Source: Chloroflexi bacterium bin125 (GTDB lineage Bacteria; Chloroflexota; Dehalococcoidia; Bin125). From it: 64,000 nt of DNA. How positions within the stretch are numbered: the first letter of the stretch is position 1; each line of letters starts with the position of its first letter. The stretch lies in NCBI GenBank assembly GCA_002239025.1, contig MPNM01000003.1:142047-206046 (forward strand). The letters run 5' to 3'. Shown here piece by piece: positions 47,452 to 55,707 of this stretch. The notes below the pieces were generated by a model. That model searched no databases, was not told the DNA's origin, and saw only the letters and a program-made list of their open reading frames with translations. Position numbers and translations under genes: made by a program.

Positions 47452-47754
47452 ATGGCCCGAACTTCGAACATCCACCGCGACCTCAAGCGCCGCGAAATGC
47501 ACGCCAAATACAAGAGCCGTCGCGAGGCGCTCAAGCAGCAGCTCAAAGAATCTAACAATCCGCGCGAGAAGCAGAACATCCAGTTCCAGCTCCAGGCATT
47601 GCCGCGCAATAGCTCGCCCACTCGGATCAAGAATCGCTGCGCCGTGACCGGCCGCCCCCGCGCCTACATGCGCAAGTTCGGACTTAGCCGCATCACCTTC
47701 CGCGAGATGGCCTCGCTCGGACTCCTGCCCGGCGTTCGCAAGAGTTCCTGGTAG
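47452..47754 (+). CDS. rpsN: 30S ribosomal protein S14, long non-zinc-binding (C-) form, located outside any ribosomal protein operon
   Basis: The canonical S14 sequence [28 protein letters not shown]...[40 protein letters not shown] has a single Cys, so it lacks the CxxC...CxxC Zn ribbon. Neighbours are non-ribosomal. Confidence 0.9.
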   Translation: MARTSNIHRDLKRREMHAKYKSRREALKQQLKESNNPREKQNIQFQLQALPRNSSPTRIKNRCAVTGRPRAYMRKFGLSRITFREMASLGLLPGVRKSSW

Positions 47755-47784
47755 GCTCCTAACGAGGCGTTGATCTTCTTTCCT

Positions 47785-47822
47785 CTAAAACTTGCAATAA
47801 ATGCAACATTAGTGAATAATCT
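47785..47822 (+). promoter_or_regulatory. AT-rich operator-like segment with palindrome TTGCA-ataaa-TGCAA upstream of the ferric ABC operon
   Basis: aaacttgcaataaatgcaacattagtgaataatc stands out in the 65% GC background. It sits 60-95 nt upstream of the fbpA-like start and right after rpsN. Confidence 0.4.
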
Positions 47823-47882
47823 GCCTGTCGGCGAATAGAGGCGCAGGTCATCTGCGCTTGCCGGCCAGGAAGTCTCACACCA

Positions 47883-49226
47883 ATGTCTGGACCTTTCCTC
47901 TCCCTGATTCGCTGGCAAGTCTTCCGAGCCCTCGTCGTTCCACTAGCGCTCGTCCTTGCCACTGCGATCGCACTGAGTGCGTGCACCACCGACGACACCG
48001 AAACAAGCGAAGCTGCCGATCGGGCTGCGCAGGCCGCTGAGCGAGCCGCCGACGCCGCGCAACGAGCTGCCGCCGCTGCCGAAGAATCGGGACAAGGCGG
48101 TTCGCAGGCCGACGGTGGCTCCAGCGCCCAGGCTGCGCAGGCCGCCGGTCGCGCTGCTGACGCAGCCACTGACGCTGCCCAGGCCGCCGGCGAGGCCGCC
48201 TCCGCCGCTTCCCAGGCCGCAGACCGAGCCGCTCAGGCCGCGCAGTCCGCATCGGCGGCTGCGAGCAGGGTCGGCCAGGACGAACAGATCGAGGATGAAG
48301 ATCCCGGCGATCTGACCATCTACTCAGGACGCGGCGAATCACTGGTAGGTCCCATCATTGAGCGCTTTGAGGAACTGACCGGCATTGATGTCCGCGTTCG
48401 CTACGCCGGCACCGCAGAACTGGCTGTGGCCATCCTCGAAGAGGGAGATCGGTCCCCAGCCGATGTCTACTACGCACAGGACGCCGGCGCACTCGCGGCG
48501 CTCGCCGAGAACGGCGTACTGAGCCAGCTCCCCAACGACATCATCAGCAGCGTGCCAGCCGAGTTGGCCGACGCCTCAGGTCGCTGGGTCGCGACCTCCG
48601 GCCGTGCCCGCGTGTTGGTCATCTCCCCCGACCGTGTACCGAACCCGCCGACTTCCGTCTTCGATCTTGTCGACCCTGAATGGCGTGGACGAGTCGGTTG
48701 GGCGCCGACCAACGGCAGCTTCCAGGCATTCGTCACCGCCATGCGTCAGATTCATGGCGAAGGCGCCACCGAAGAGTGGCTGCGCGGCATGATCGCCAAC
48801 GATGTCAGGGTCTACCCCAAGAACTCGCCTCAGGTCCAGGCAGTCCACGATGGCGAGCTAGACATCGGACTGGTCAACCACTACTACCTCATTCGCCAGA
48901 CGTCCGTCGATTCCGACTGGCACGGCGTCAACCACTTCACCGATCCAGGAGAGGCGGGCGCTCTGATCAACATCGCCGGTGTCGCATTGCTCAATGCCTC
49001 TGACAACGACGGCAACGCGCTGCGCTTCATTCGATTCCTGCTTAGCGAGGAAGGCCAGACCTACTTCCGTGAGCAGACATTCGAATACCCGGTCGCGGCT
49101 GGCGTCTCGGCCTGGCCAACCCTCGTCTCGCTGGATGAACTCAACCCGCCTTCGCTGGCGTTGACATCGCTCTCCGACCTCGAGGGCACGATCGCGCTGC
49201 TTGAAGAAGTTGGCGCGTTGCCCTAG
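47883..49226 (+). CDS. Ferric-iron ABC transporter substrate-binding lipoprotein (FbpA/AfuA-like) with an Ala-rich tether of about 120 aa
   Basis: A signal peptide with lipobox LSACTTDD is followed by long Ala/Gln/Ser/Asp low complexity. The FbpA-type body then shows LTIYSGRGESLVGPIIERFEELTGIDVRVRYAG and YYLIRQ. Confidence 0.8.
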   Translation: MSGPFLSLIRWQVFRALVVPLALVLATAIALSACTTDDTETSEAADRAAQAAERAADAAQRAAAAAEESGQGGSQADGGSSAQAAQAAGRAADAATDAAQAAGEAASAASQAADRAAQAAQSASAAASRVGQDEQIEDEDPGDLTIYSGRGESLVGPIIERFEELTGIDVRVRYAGTAELAVAILEEGDRSPADVYYAQDAGALAALAENGVLSQLPNDIISSVPAELADASGRWVATSGRARVLVISPDRVPNPPTSVFDLVDPEWRGRVGWAPTNGSFQAFVTAMRQIHGEGATEEWLRGMIANDVRVYPKNSPQVQAVHDGELDIGLVNHYYLIRQTSVDSDWHGVNHFTDPGEAGALINIAGVALLNASDNDGNALRFIRFLLSEEGQTYFREQTFEYPVAAGVSAWPTLVSLDELNPPSLALTSLSDLEGTIALLEEVGALP

Positions 49227-49292
49227 CAAACTGCCCTAGCCGGCTGCTCGAGAGCTGGCCCTCAACTCACCCATCCCCGGTCTCGATGGTAT

Positions 49293-49335
49293 GGCCTCTG
49301 TCGTCGCTTCGCCATGGGGGCGACGGCAGAGGTCC
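49293..49335 (+). terminator. GC-rich hairpin (attenuator or terminator-like) between the fbpA-like and permease genes
   Basis: GGCCTCTGTCGTCGC-ttcgccatgggg-GCGACGGCAGAGGTCC forms an imperfect 15 bp stem. No clear U-tract follows. Confidence 0.35.
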
Positions 49336-49397
49336 ATCCCGGCCTCTACTGGAAGCTCACTTCCACGAGCTAACTCATGAGTATGCAGGCATAGCGT

Positions 49398-49414
49398 TAT
49401 TTCATGGTGAAATA
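49398..49414 (+). promoter_or_regulatory. Perfect AT-rich palindrome TATTTCA-tgg-TGAAATA about 20 nt upstream of the permease start
   Basis: A 7-3-7 inverted repeat lies in a GC-rich genome. Its position is consistent with an operator or a translational control site. Confidence 0.35.
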
Positions 49415-49432
49415 CTCCGATAACCTCGCTCC

Positions 49433-51040
49433 ATGACCATCTTTGGCGGTACCGCCGAGTTCCCGTCTCGACTGCGCTTCAACGTCCCCATCATTTGGAT
49501 GCTCGCTTTGGCCGCAGCCGGCGCCGCTTGCATTCCCCTGGTCTATCTCGTCATCCGAGCCGCCGAGGCCGATGCGGACGCGTGGTCCAAGGTCGTTGCC
49601 GACAGCACATTACGTTTGCTACTGAACACCGCCGGGTTGGCTGCAGCCGTCACCGCCGCCTCCGCCGCGCTGGCGCTTCCAATCGCTTACCTCACCGAGC
49701 GCACAGACCTCCCTTTCGCCCGCGTCTGGCGAACCATCACCATTATGCCCCTCGCCATCCCCTCGTATGTGGGAGCATTCGCATTCATCATTGCCCTCGG
49801 CCCGTACGGTTCCTTGCAGGACCTGCTCGCACCCCTGGGCGTCGAGAACATTCCCAGCATCTACGGATTCGTCGGCGCATGGCTGACCCTGACCCTGTTC
49901 ACCTTCCCCTACCTGTTGCTGGTTGTCCGGGCCGGACTCCGCGATCTCGATCCGGCCATCGAGGAAGCGGCTCGCTCCCTGGGACAATCAGCCTGGGGCA
50001 CATTCTGGCGCGTGACGGTTCCGCAGCTCAGGGTGCCCATCGCTGGCGGCTCTCTGCTTGTCGCGCTCTACGTCATATCCGACTTCGGCGCGGTCTCGAT
50101 GATGCAGTTCGACACCTTCACCAGGGCCATCTATGTGCGCTTCGGTTCGTCGTTCGACCGTTCCAGCGTGGCCGTGTTATCCCTCGTCCTGGTCGCGTTG
50201 GTCGCCCTGGTCCTGGCCATCGACTGGTCCCAACGACGGAGCGCCAAATATCATCGATTGGGTACTGGCGCAGCGAAAACGCCAAGATTGGTCTCCTTGA
50301 GACGCTTCCGTTGGCCGGCGTTGCTCGGGCTATTCGTCGTCTCAGCTGTCGCTCTGCTTGTCCCTATCGGCGTACTGTTTCACTGGCTCTCAGTGGGCCT
50401 GCAAAACGGTGAGACATTCCCCGGTGTCTGGAGCGCAGCGCTCAATTCTGTCTACGCATCAGGACTGGCCGGCGCAGTGACGGTAGCGGTTTCGATTCCG
50501 ATCGCCCTGGTCGTCGTCCGTCGACCTGGATTCCTCTCCCGTATCGTTGATCGAGCCGCGTACGTCGGTTACGCGCTGCCAGGTGTGATCGTCGCATTCG
50601 CATTGATCTTCTTCACCTTGCGGGTTACGCCGGGCCTCTACCAGACCATCGCCACGCTCGTCTTCGCCTATGCGGTGCTCTTTCTGCCGCAGGCGATCTC
50701 CGGTGTGCGCGCCTCAATGGTCCGTGTGCAACCGGGACTCGAAGAAGCGGCTCGCTCACTCAATCGCACTCCCTGGCAAACCTTCTACAGCATCACCTTG
50801 CCGCTCATCGCACCAGGGGTGCTGGCAGCGTTCGCCCTGGTCTTCCTCACGACCATGAAAGAGCTACCCGCTACCCTGCTGCTCGCGCCGATCGAATTTG
50901 ACACCTTGGCGACTACCCTTTGGGGACACCAGGAAGACGTGTTCTTCGCCCGCGCCTCAGCCGCAGCATTGCTCTTGCTCGCCTGCGCCGCACTGCCAAT
51001 GATGATCCTGTTCGGACGCGACCGTGATCTCCGAGCCTAG
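49433..51040 (+). CDS. Ferric-iron ABC transporter permease, duplicated two-module type (FbpB-like)
   Basis: The 535-aa product has two BPD_transp_1 modules of about six transmembrane segments each. Confidence 0.85.
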   Translation: MTIFGGTAEFPSRLRFNVPIIWMLALAAAGAACIPLVYLVIRAAEADADAWSKVVADSTLRLLLNTAGLAAAVTAASAALALPIAYLTERTDLPFARVWRTITIMPLAIPSYVGAFAFIIALGPYGSLQDLLAPLGVENIPSIYGFVGAWLTLTLFTFPYLLLVVRAGLRDLDPAIEEAARSLGQSAWGTFWRVTVPQLRVPIAGGSLLVALYVISDFGAVSMMQFDTFTRAIYVRFGSSFDRSSVAVLSLVLVALVALVLAIDWSQRRSAKYHRLGTGAAKTPRLVSLRRFRWPALLGLFVVSAVALLVPIGVLFHWLSVGLQNGETFPGVWSAALNSVYASGLAGAVTVAVSIPIALVVVRRPGFLSRIVDRAAYVGYALPGVIVAFALIFFTLRVTPGLYQTIATLVFAYAVLFLPQAISGVRASMVRVQPGLEEAARSLNRTPWQTFYSITLPLIAPGVLAAFALVFLTTMKELPATLLLAPIEFDTLATTLWGHQEDVFFARASAAALLLLACAALPMMILFGRDRDLRA

Positions 51041-52133
51041 CCAACCGGACACCACTCCCGCGCTGGTCGTGAGGGAGATCTCCAAGTCGTTTGACGGGAC
51101 TGACGCCGTTAACGACGTCTCATTCCAGGTCGAACAGGGAGAAATTCTCGCTCTGCTCGGCCCCAGCGGCTGCGGCAAGTCAACCACCCTGCGCGTCCTG
51201 GCCGGCTTCGAGCGTCCCAATCAGGGATTGGTCCAGATCAACGGCGAGACCGCAGTCGGTCCCGCTCTGTGGCGCTCACCTGAGCAGCGTCGGATCGGCA
51301 TGGTCGCCCAGGACTTCGCCCTGTTCCCTCACCTCAGCGTCGGTGAGAACATCGCCTTCGGCCTGCCCGATGGCCATCACGCCTGGTGGACGAAGCCGTT
51401 GCGCCGGTTCCGGCGAACTGAGCCGCCGACTCGCGTCCGCCGCATGCTTGAGCTGGTCGGATTAGACGGGTTCGCTGATCGCTATCCGCACGAACTCTCC
51501 GGCGGCGAGGCGCAGCGTGTCGCGCTCGCCCGAGCGCTCGCCCCACAACCGGCCGCCGTCCTGCTCGACGAACCCTTCAGCAACCTCGACCAGAATCTCC
51601 GCGCCAGCCTCAGACTGGCGATGCGCAACATCCTAAAGCAGGCCAACACCGCCGCGGTCTTTGTCACGCACGACCGCGAGGAAGCCCTTTCCCTCGCCGA
51701 CCGCATCGCCGTCATGCGCAACGGCCGGATCGAGCAGATCGGCGCGCCCGACGACATCTACTACCGACCCGAAACCCGATTCATCGGCACATTCGTCGGC
51801 GACGCCAACATCCTGCCAGGGGAACGCGTCCGCGGAGGCGCCGAGACTGAACTAGGCTTCGTCGTCGTCGTGAACCCGGCGGAGGAGACGGCGGGCCAAG
51901 CAATCGATGTGCTGCTGCGTCCCGAGCAAATCGCCCTCAGGCCATGCCGCGACCCCGGTCCCGACTGCGCCAACGTCATCAGCAGCGAGTACTACGGCCA
52001 CGACCAGGTCGTCCGGGTGAGATTGCAGTCGGGCAAGGAAGTCGAAGCCAGACTCCGCACGGAAGTCGTCTGGCAACCAGAAGATCCCGTCGACGTCATC
52101 GTCCTCGACGACGCCATCGCCTTCCCTCGCTAG
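51024..52133 (+). CDS. ABC transporter ATP-binding protein (FbpC/PotA-like) with a C-terminal TOBE-like domain
   Basis: Walker A GPSGCGKST, signature LSGGEAQRVALARA and Walker B LLDEPFSNLD are present. The start overlaps the permease stop. Confidence 0.85.
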   Translation: MISEPSQPDTTPALVVREISKSFDGTDAVNDVSFQVEQGEILALLGPSGCGKSTTLRVLAGFERPNQGLVQINGETAVGPALWRSPEQRRIGMVAQDFALFPHLSVGENIAFGLPDGHHAWWTKPLRRFRRTEPPTRVRRMLELVGLDGFADRYPHELSGGEAQRVALARALAPQPAAVLLDEPFSNLDQNLRASLRLAMRNILKQANTAAVFVTHDREEALSLADRIAVMRNGRIEQIGAPDDIYYRPETRFIGTFVGDANILPGERVRGGAETELGFVVVVNPAEETAGQAIDVLLRPEQIALRPCRDPGPDCANVISSEYYGHDQVVRVRLQSGKEVEARLRTEVVWQPEDPVDVIVLDDAIAFPR

Positions 52134-52182
52134 CGCCTGCTCCCTCCAGCCTCCCCCTTGCAGAGATCGATGCATTAGCTCC

Positions 52183-52322
52183 AATTCCCCTCTCCCCCCC
52201 TTGCGGGGTGAGATGTCACGGAGTGACAGAGGGGGGGTCGGTTGATGTTGACCAGATAGGGCTCCTGAGCAGAGGACCCCCCTCTGCCTTCGGCATCTCC
52301 CCCGCAAGGGGGGGAAGGGGAG
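52183..52322. mobile_element. Composite family-1 element C (about 140 bp) downstream of the FbpC-like ATPase gene
   Basis: attcccctctcccccccttgcggggtgagatgtcacggagtgacagagggggggtcgg ... ccccctctgccttcggcatctcccccgcaagggggggaaggggag. Confidence 0.75.
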
Positions 52323-52531
52323 TGTTTCTAAGGTCTCCGTAAAGCGGGGACTGGGATTCAACCAGCCAATTGAACTTCTGAGACACCCTCCAAGCCCGGG
52401 GCAACGACATCAGACGGGAGTGAAGGAAGAGGAGGCCGCGCCACTCTCAACGCCTGCTGCCCCTCGATTCACTGCCCCTTTACCATGCCAACACCGGCGC
52501 ATCGCCGATGCGCGTGGCAGGAGAAGCACCG

Positions 52532-53509
52532 ATGCGCGTCGCCTTGATGGTCGAAGGACAGAACGATCTCACCTGGGAGCGCTGGCGGCACATCCTCAGA
52601 CTTGCCGACCGGCTCAACTTTCCCTCCCTCTTCCGCAGCGACCACTACTTCACCGGACCGATCGAGACGAACCAGCAGGACAGCCTCGAGTGCTTTCTTA
52701 GCTTCGTCATGGCCGCCGAAGAAACCTCCAACCTGCGCTTTGGACCAATGGTCACACCAGTCACCTTCCGCCGCCCCGTCGACGTTGGTCGTATGGCCGC
52801 CCAGATCGATCAGCTCTCCGGTGGACGCTTCGTGATGGGTCTCGGAGCAGGCTGGAACCAGCCCGAGCACGATGCCTACGGCCTCGATTTCCCCTCAACC
52901 CGCGAACGCTTCGACCGCCTCGAAGACGCAATCAACATGATGCAAGCCCTCTGGAGCCCCGGACAGTCCAGCTACAACGGCGAGTACTACAAGCTCAACA
53001 GCGCCGACTGCTTGCCCATTCCCGACTCAGGCCGCCCGCCAATCCTGATTGGCGGAGGTGGCGAGAAGCGCACGATTCCAATGGCCGCAAAGTACGCGGT
53101 CGAATGGAACTGCGTCTCGCTCACGCCCGACGCCTACGGACACAAGCGCGATGTGATGGCCCGCGCCTGCGACGCTATTGATCGCGATCCCAACGAGATC
53201 GAACACTCAATGATGATGTTCCACGCCGTCGGTCCACCCGAGCTGGTCGAGGCCGGAGGAAAGTTCGCTCAAGGTATGTTCGGTCGACCCGGACAGCCGT
53301 TGGACGAATTTCTGGCCGAGTTCAATTCAATGGGCAGACTCGTCGGCGGAGCTGATCAGGTCGTCGACGCCCTCGGCAAGCTGGCCGAGGCCGGTGTCGC
53401 CGAGGTCCAGTTCCAGCACTTCATGTTCGACCGCGACGACGTGCCCGAGTTCCTCGCCCGAGACGTCGCACCACAGGTCGCCGGCATTGCCATCGGCAGC
53501 CACACGTAA
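52532..53509 (+). CDS. LLM-class F420-dependent oxidoreductase
   Basis: The start was chosen at M9 of the track ORF (AGGAGAAG upstream). MRVALMVEGQNDLTWERW... matches the TIGR03560-like LLM pattern, with the FPSLFRSDHY region. Confidence 0.8.
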   Translation: MRVALMVEGQNDLTWERWRHILRLADRLNFPSLFRSDHYFTGPIETNQQDSLECFLSFVMAAEETSNLRFGPMVTPVTFRRPVDVGRMAAQIDQLSGGRFVMGLGAGWNQPEHDAYGLDFPSTRERFDRLEDAINMMQALWSPGQSSYNGEYYKLNSADCLPIPDSGRPPILIGGGGEKRTIPMAAKYAVEWNCVSLTPDAYGHKRDVMARACDAIDRDPNEIEHSMMMFHAVGPPELVEAGGKFAQGMFGRPGQPLDEFLAEFNSMGRLVGGADQVVDALGKLAEAGVAEVQFQHFMFDRDDVPEFLARDVAPQVAGIAIGSHT

Positions 53510-53517
53510 GGAGCCAC

Positions 53518-54519
53518 GTGATGAAGATCAGTGACAACGTCCGCATGGTCCCCGTCCCCGAGGACCAGCCGATGCGCCCGACCTCGACCAACATCTACAT
53601 CATCGGCCAACGCGGCGGCCAGACGTTGACGATCGACTCCGGCGAGGCGATCGACAAGTTCCGCTGGATGCTACGTGGATACCTCGCCGCCATCGACCAT
53701 TCCGAAATCGGCGTCGCCGCGATCACGCACCACCACTTCGACCACTCCGGCAACCTCAAGCACGTCAACGAGCACCTCAAGGCCGAAATCGCCGTGCCCG
53801 AAAACGGCGTCAAACTGCTGCGCGGACGCTTGCCCAAGGAGGGCGTCAAAACCTACACCGACGGCGACATCATCAACCTCGATGGCGGCATCAAGGTCCA
53901 GGTCATGACCAGCCCCGGACACTCCATCGATTCGCTCTGCTACTACGTCGAGGAAGAAGGCATCCTCTTCACCGGCGACACCATCCTCGGCAACACAACG
54001 ACCGTCGTCGGCGACATCAACTCCTACATGGCCTCGCTCCGCCGATTGCTCGAGCTGCCCAACGTCAAAGTCCTCTGTCCGGGACACGGTCCGCTGATTC
54101 GCGACACCGACGAAGCCAAAGCGCGAGACCGGCTCGAGATGTACGTCAATCATCGCCAGATGCGCGAAGACCAAATTCTCGAGCAACTCCAGGACGGCGA
54201 GCCCAAGACCTCCTGGCAGATCATGGAGACAATCTACGGAGACAGCATCGACAAGCGCCTCCGCCGAGCCGCAGACGGAAACGTCCAGGCTCACCTCAAG
54301 AGCCTGCAAAAGTCAGGCGTTGTCAGAGCCTCCAGAGGAGAAAAGAAAAAGCCAAACCCGGCAACCGTCGCCAAGGACAAGGCCAAAGAACAGGCCAACC
54401 GAAAGATCATCCAACAGGGAAAAAAACTGGACAAAGCCCAGAGAACCAAAATCCTCGCCCAACAAGAAAACCCACCAACCGACCTCTGGAAAAAGCCGCC
54501 GACCTATCAGTTGAGATAA
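53518..54519 (+). CDS. MBL-fold metallo-hydrolase with a winged-helix-like segment and a Lys-rich disordered C-terminal tail
   Basis: HHHFDHSGN is the metal-binding motif. The C-terminal 70 aa or so (RASRGEKKKPNPATVAKDKAKEQANRKIIQQGKKLDKAQRTKILAQQENPP) are encoded by an A-rich stretch containing A7 runs. Confidence 0.7.
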   Translation: MMKISDNVRMVPVPEDQPMRPTSTNIYIIGQRGGQTLTIDSGEAIDKFRWMLRGYLAAIDHSEIGVAAITHHHFDHSGNLKHVNEHLKAEIAVPENGVKLLRGRLPKEGVKTYTDGDIINLDGGIKVQVMTSPGHSIDSLCYYVEEEGILFTGDTILGNTTTVVGDINSYMASLRRLLELPNVKVLCPGHGPLIRDTDEAKARDRLEMYVNHRQMREDQILEQLQDGEPKTSWQIMETIYGDSIDKRLRRAADGNVQAHLKSLQKSGVVRASRGEKKKPNPATVAKDKAKEQANRKIIQQGKKLDKAQRTKILAQQENPPTDLWKKPPTYQLR

Positions 54520-54609
54520 ACGCTCCCCCTTTGGGGGATCTGTCCCGAAGGGACTGAGGGGGCCCGCCTCACATGGCGCAGCCCACCAGCACTGACACAG
54601 GAGCCAACC

Positions 54610-55698
54610 ATGGACTACGGCATCGGAATCCCAAGCTGGATCAACGCCTATCAGGAAGTGCAGCGAGCAGAAGCCGCCGGCTTCACTCACGCCTGGTTCT
54701 ACGACTCGCAGCTCATCTACTCCGATGTCTACGCAGCCATGGCACTGGCGGCGCACCACACATCGACGATCAAGCTGGGCACCCTCGTCGCCATTCCCTC
54801 CAACCGGATCGCGCCCGTCACGGCATCCGCTGTCGCTTCGCTGAACAAACTCGCCCCGGGACGGATCATCCTCGGCATCGGCACCGGTTACACCGGACGC
54901 AACACGATGGGCCTGCCTGCCTATCCGATCAAGCGCTACCGGGAGTACGCCCAGCAGGTCCGAGGACTGCTCAACGGCGAAGACGTGCTCTACACCGACG
55001 ACGTCACTGGCCAGGAGCGCTGGATCCGACTGATCCACGGCCAGCACTCCGAGTTCCTCAACCTCGACGACTTCATTCCCATCTACGTCGCCGCAAACGG
55101 TCCCCGAGCCCTGGAGGTCGTCGGACAGGCTGGCGACGGTTGGGTCACGACCGGTATGGGACTCAACGCCCAGCAGTCCTTCCCCGCCATCGCCGCCGCC
55201 GCCGAAGCTGCCGGACGCTCGACCGAAAAGCCGTACACCGTCGGACTCACAACAGGTCTCGTCTTGCAGGACGGCGAATCATTCGAGTCTGAGCGGGTCA
55301 CCAAGATTCTCGGTCCAGGAATGGTTCCCGGCGTCCACGCGATGTGGGAGGCCGCCTACGGTCCTGGCGCCAACCTCGGCATGGACAACCCCGATCTCGC
55401 CGGCGAGTACCACAACTACATCCGCGAGTACTCCGCTGCCAAAGGCACGCCCGAGGACCGGCTCTACCTCGATGTCCACGAGGGCCACATGGTTTATCTC
55501 AAGCCGGGCGAAGAGCAATTCATCTTCCCCCAGGTCCTCGAGCGCAGCCTGGTCGGCAGCGGCCCCGAGATCATCGAGAAGCTTGAACACCTCGAATCAA
55601 TCGGCGTCGACAACATCGCCCTGACCGCCAACGATCCTGCCGGCGCAAGAGAGATCATCGACGACTTCGCCCGCGAAGTCATCTACAAGCGAAGCTAG
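54610..55698 (+). CDS. LLM-class F420-dependent oxidoreductase (tandem paralog 1)
   Basis: MDYGIGIPSW...AEAAGFTHAWFYDSQLIYSDVYAAMALAA. It is 362 aa. Confidence 0.8.
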   Translation: MDYGIGIPSWINAYQEVQRAEAAGFTHAWFYDSQLIYSDVYAAMALAAHHTSTIKLGTLVAIPSNRIAPVTASAVASLNKLAPGRIILGIGTGYTGRNTMGLPAYPIKRYREYAQQVRGLLNGEDVLYTDDVTGQERWIRLIHGQHSEFLNLDDFIPIYVAANGPRALEVVGQAGDGWVTTGMGLNAQQSFPAIAAAAEAAGRSTEKPYTVGLTTGLVLQDGESFESERVTKILGPGMVPGVHAMWEAAYGPGANLGMDNPDLAGEYHNYIREYSAAKGTPEDRLYLDVHEGHMVYLKPGEEQFIFPQVLERSLVGSGPEIIEKLEHLESIGVDNIALTANDPAGAREIIDDFAREVIYKRS

Positions 55699-55707
55699 GA
55701 GCCAGCC

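Noticed and set aside
54320-54519. The A-rich 3' region of the MBL gene was considered as a separate small gene or as foreign DNA.
   Set aside because: It is in the same frame and contiguous with the MBL ORF with no intervening stop. Composition alone is not enough to call a separate gene or horizontal insertion, so it is reported as a C-terminal tail.
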